IMG/VR virus record: IMGVR_UViG_3300005512_000231
Coordinates: 1 to 29,758 of that record
DNA length: 29,758 nucleotides
Source of the DNA: a virus
Lineage: Duplodnaviria; Caudoviricetes
Reading direction: 5' to 3' (one strand)
Below are positions 28,026-29,758 of this stretch, piece by piece. Within the stretch, counting starts at the first letter, position 1; the number at the start of each line of letters is the position of its first letter. A program made the translations under genes and the position numbers. The notes beneath the pieces were generated by a model, which worked only from the letters and a program-made list of their open reading frames with translations, was not told the DNA's origin and searched no databases.

Positions 28026-28886
28026 ATGGGATTAATGCATATACCCTTTGATAGAATTGGGTCAACTCAAAGGGTAAACATAAAAGTCGATCAATACGCC
28101 GACACCATTTACGGCATAAAATTAGTAGGTTCTGGAGACACTACTTTTGACGTAAGTGGATATGGTTTTTCAGGTTCAATTAAAAAATATGCAGGATATG
28201 CATCTTCAACTGCACAAGACATTGTAAATGTTGGGTTTGATACTTCAAATGCCTCTGCTGGAATCGTAACCGTATTGATAAACTCAGGTATTACAACAAA
28301 TCTAGACAAAAATAGTCCCAGATATACATACGAAGTTGTAGCAACCGAAGGGACAACTGGATATAAGCGAAGAATAATGGACGGTGATATTGATATCAAT
28401 GTTGGCGTAACACAAGTAGATGCTGGTCCAACGGTGAAATGTATTGCTGTTATCGATGAGGCAAGCAACTTTACTACAGACCAGTTTTATGATAAGTGGG
28501 CAAACTTTAGGTCAAACTGGCCAAATAGATTGCACTACTTGCTTCAACCAACCACCTCTGGAATTGTATCATCAAGTATTGATAGCATTCTAAATATTCC
28601 ATCAAACTATGATAGTGGTTTTGGTACATCACCACAAGTAAAGGGTGTTAAGAGAGACGCTGGTATCTCTACCGAATCATCTGATTGGTTTGGATTAGTT
28701 GGACTAGTAACAGGAACAGATACTAAGGTTGCTCTTTTTATAGATGAATCTGGAAGTATGGATCTATCAACCGTACAAGCATCTTACAATAGATTCATCG
28801 CATCTTGCACTGCTGCAAACATTGCAATTAGAACAGAGTCCAATGGTGCTGAGGACTGGGTAGAACCATTTACAGGGATACTATAA
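28026..28886 (+). CDS. Putative virion protein: N-terminal Ig/BppU-like domain plus C-terminal vWA-like domain
   Basis: The N-domain (INIKVDQYAD..FDVSGY..SIKKY..AGIVTV..RYTYEVV..RRIMDGDIDIN.GVT) is paralogous to the next ORF. The C-domain has VALFIDESGSM (MIDAS DxSxS) and CIAVIDEAS. Confidence 0.65.
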   Translation: MGLMHIPFDRIGSTQRVNIKVDQYADTIYGIKLVGSGDTTFDVSGYGFSGSIKKYAGYASSTAQDIVNVGFDTSNASAGIVTVLINSGITTNLDKNSPRYTYEVVATEGTTGYKRRIMDGDIDINVGVTQVDAGPTVKCIAVIDEASNFTTDQFYDKWANFRSNWPNRLHYLLQPTTSGIVSSSIDSILNIPSNYDSGFGTSPQVKGVKRDAGISTESSDWFGLVGLVTGTDTKVALFIDESGSMDLSTVQASYNRFIASCTAANIAIRTESNGAEDWVEPFTGIL

Positions 28887-29272
28887 TGGCATTAATACAA
28901 TTAGTCGATAACGAAACAATTACCGAAAGTCTAGTGATACCAAAAGGTGTTGATTATCAGCAACTCTTTACTATCAGAGATACGGAATCTAATCTTCCAA
29001 TTGATTTTAGTGGATTTTCATCTCACGTTATGACCTCAAAGATTAAGCAGTTCCCAGAGTCAGTGGCATTTGCAGCAACATTTGCTGCTACATTTGCCGA
29101 TGCTGCTAATGGAGTTATCAAACTTACTTTGAAAGATACTCAGACAGATGTTATCAAGAGAGGTAGATATTTTTATGATGTTGTGCTTACACTTGAGTCT
29201 AAAGCAGGTGCTGATACGGACTCAGACATTCAGACAGTAAGACTGGCACAAGGTGGTGTAGTAGTAGTCTGA
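28886..29272 (+). CDS. Putative virion protein, single Ig/BppU-like domain (128 aa)
   Basis: TAATG coupling; LVIPKGVDYQQLFTI..PIDFSGF..KIKQF..NGVIKLTL...QT..IKRGRYFYDVVL..VRLAQG.VVV. Confidence 0.75.
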   Translation: MALIQLVDNETITESLVIPKGVDYQQLFTIRDTESNLPIDFSGFSSHVMTSKIKQFPESVAFAATFAATFADAANGVIKLTLKDTQTDVIKRGRYFYDVVLTLESKAGADTDSDIQTVRLAQGGVVVV

Positions 29273-29278
29273 TAAATA
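29271..29278 (+). promoter_or_regulatory. Late promoter GATAAATA upstream of gp13
   Basis: NATAAATA overlaps the upstream TGA and lies 26 nt before ATG 29305; TAAGGA Shine-Dalgarno at 29291-29296. Confidence 0.85.
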
Positions 29279-29304
29279 GACCTAGAAGAATAAGGAATTA
29301 TTCA

Positions 29305-29758
29305 ATGGCGCAACCAAGCACAAGAGGAGAACTCATAGATTACGTTAAGAGAAAACTGGGAGCGCCAGTTTTGGAAGTCAACGTGTCTGATGAGCAGTTT
29401 GAAGACATCGTTGACGATGCCGTACAATATTTTCACGAGAGACACTATGATGGTGTCATTCAGACTTACCTAAAATATCAGATAACTCAGGATGATATCG
29501 ACAGAGGTAGAGCACCAAAAGGAGGAAACTCTGGATTGGTAACCGATACTGTTACTTCAACAATTGTTGGAACGGCAGTTACTTTTTCATATCAAGACAA
29601 TAGTAACTATCTTCAAGTACCGTCTTCTATTATTGGGGTAAATAAAGTATTTCAATTTGATGACGTAAACATGTCAAATAATATGTTTAGCGTCAAATAT
29701 CAGATGTTTTTGAACGATGTTTACTATTGGGGATCGACAGATCTTTTAACGTATTCCA
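29305..29758 (+). CDS. gp13: Neck protein gp13, 3'-truncated by the window
   Basis: Not in the ORF track because there is no stop. MAQPSTRGELIDYVKRKLGAPVLEVNVSDEQFEDIVDDAVQYFHERHYDG...MFSVKYQMFLND is the T4 gp13 N-terminal signature, with promoter and RBS upstream. Confidence 0.95.
   Translation, partial: MAQPSTRGELIDYVKRKLGAPVLEVNVSDEQFEDIVDDAVQYFHERHYDGVIQTYLKYQITQDDIDRGRAPKGGNSGLVTDTVTSTIVGTAVTFSYQDNSNYLQVPSSIIGVNKVFQFDDVNMSNNMFSVKYQMFLNDVYYWGSTDLLTYS

Noticed and set aside
1-29758. CRISPR array, tRNA genes, DGR template/variable repeat pair, IS elements
   Set aside because: Intergenic gaps are all under ~65 nt, no regularly spaced DNA repeats or near-identical repeat pair were seen, and there is no RT or transposase. 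The repeats present are diverged and protein-level.

Overview
This window is the virion-structural (baseplate-to-neck) region of a T4-like myovirus, most likely a cyanomyophage (Kyanoviridae-like). All real genes are on the + strand. It opens with the 3' end of a non-structural operon: a 5'-truncated GT-A-type glycosyltransferase-like gene, a 28-aa hydrophobic peptide, a 48-aa basic protein and a UUCG rho-independent terminator. Two hypothetical genes follow, then a late-promoter (NATAAATA) cluster: gp25, gp6, a giant 4410-aa gp7, gp8, a 2899-aa VrlC/DUF4815-like protein, a small coiled-coil protein, two paralogous Ig/BppU-like proteins (one fused to a vWA-like domain) and the start of neck protein gp13. 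The gene list does not explain five observations. (i) A short G-[ILV]-x-[ST] motif is scattered dozens of times through otherwise unrelated virion proteins, a possible glycosylation sequon, with a glycosyltransferase-like gene nearby. (ii) A 6.4-kb GATC-depleted block covers the 5' half of gp7. (iii) The same ~68-aa module is inserted as tandem arrays in both gp7 (x3) and VrlC (x6). (iv) A reelin-repeat-like Asp-box domain is inserted in gp7. (v) A YHYH-like domain appears split by ~700 residues of nested modules. Family assignments come from motif recognition and gene order, not database searches, and all counts are manual.
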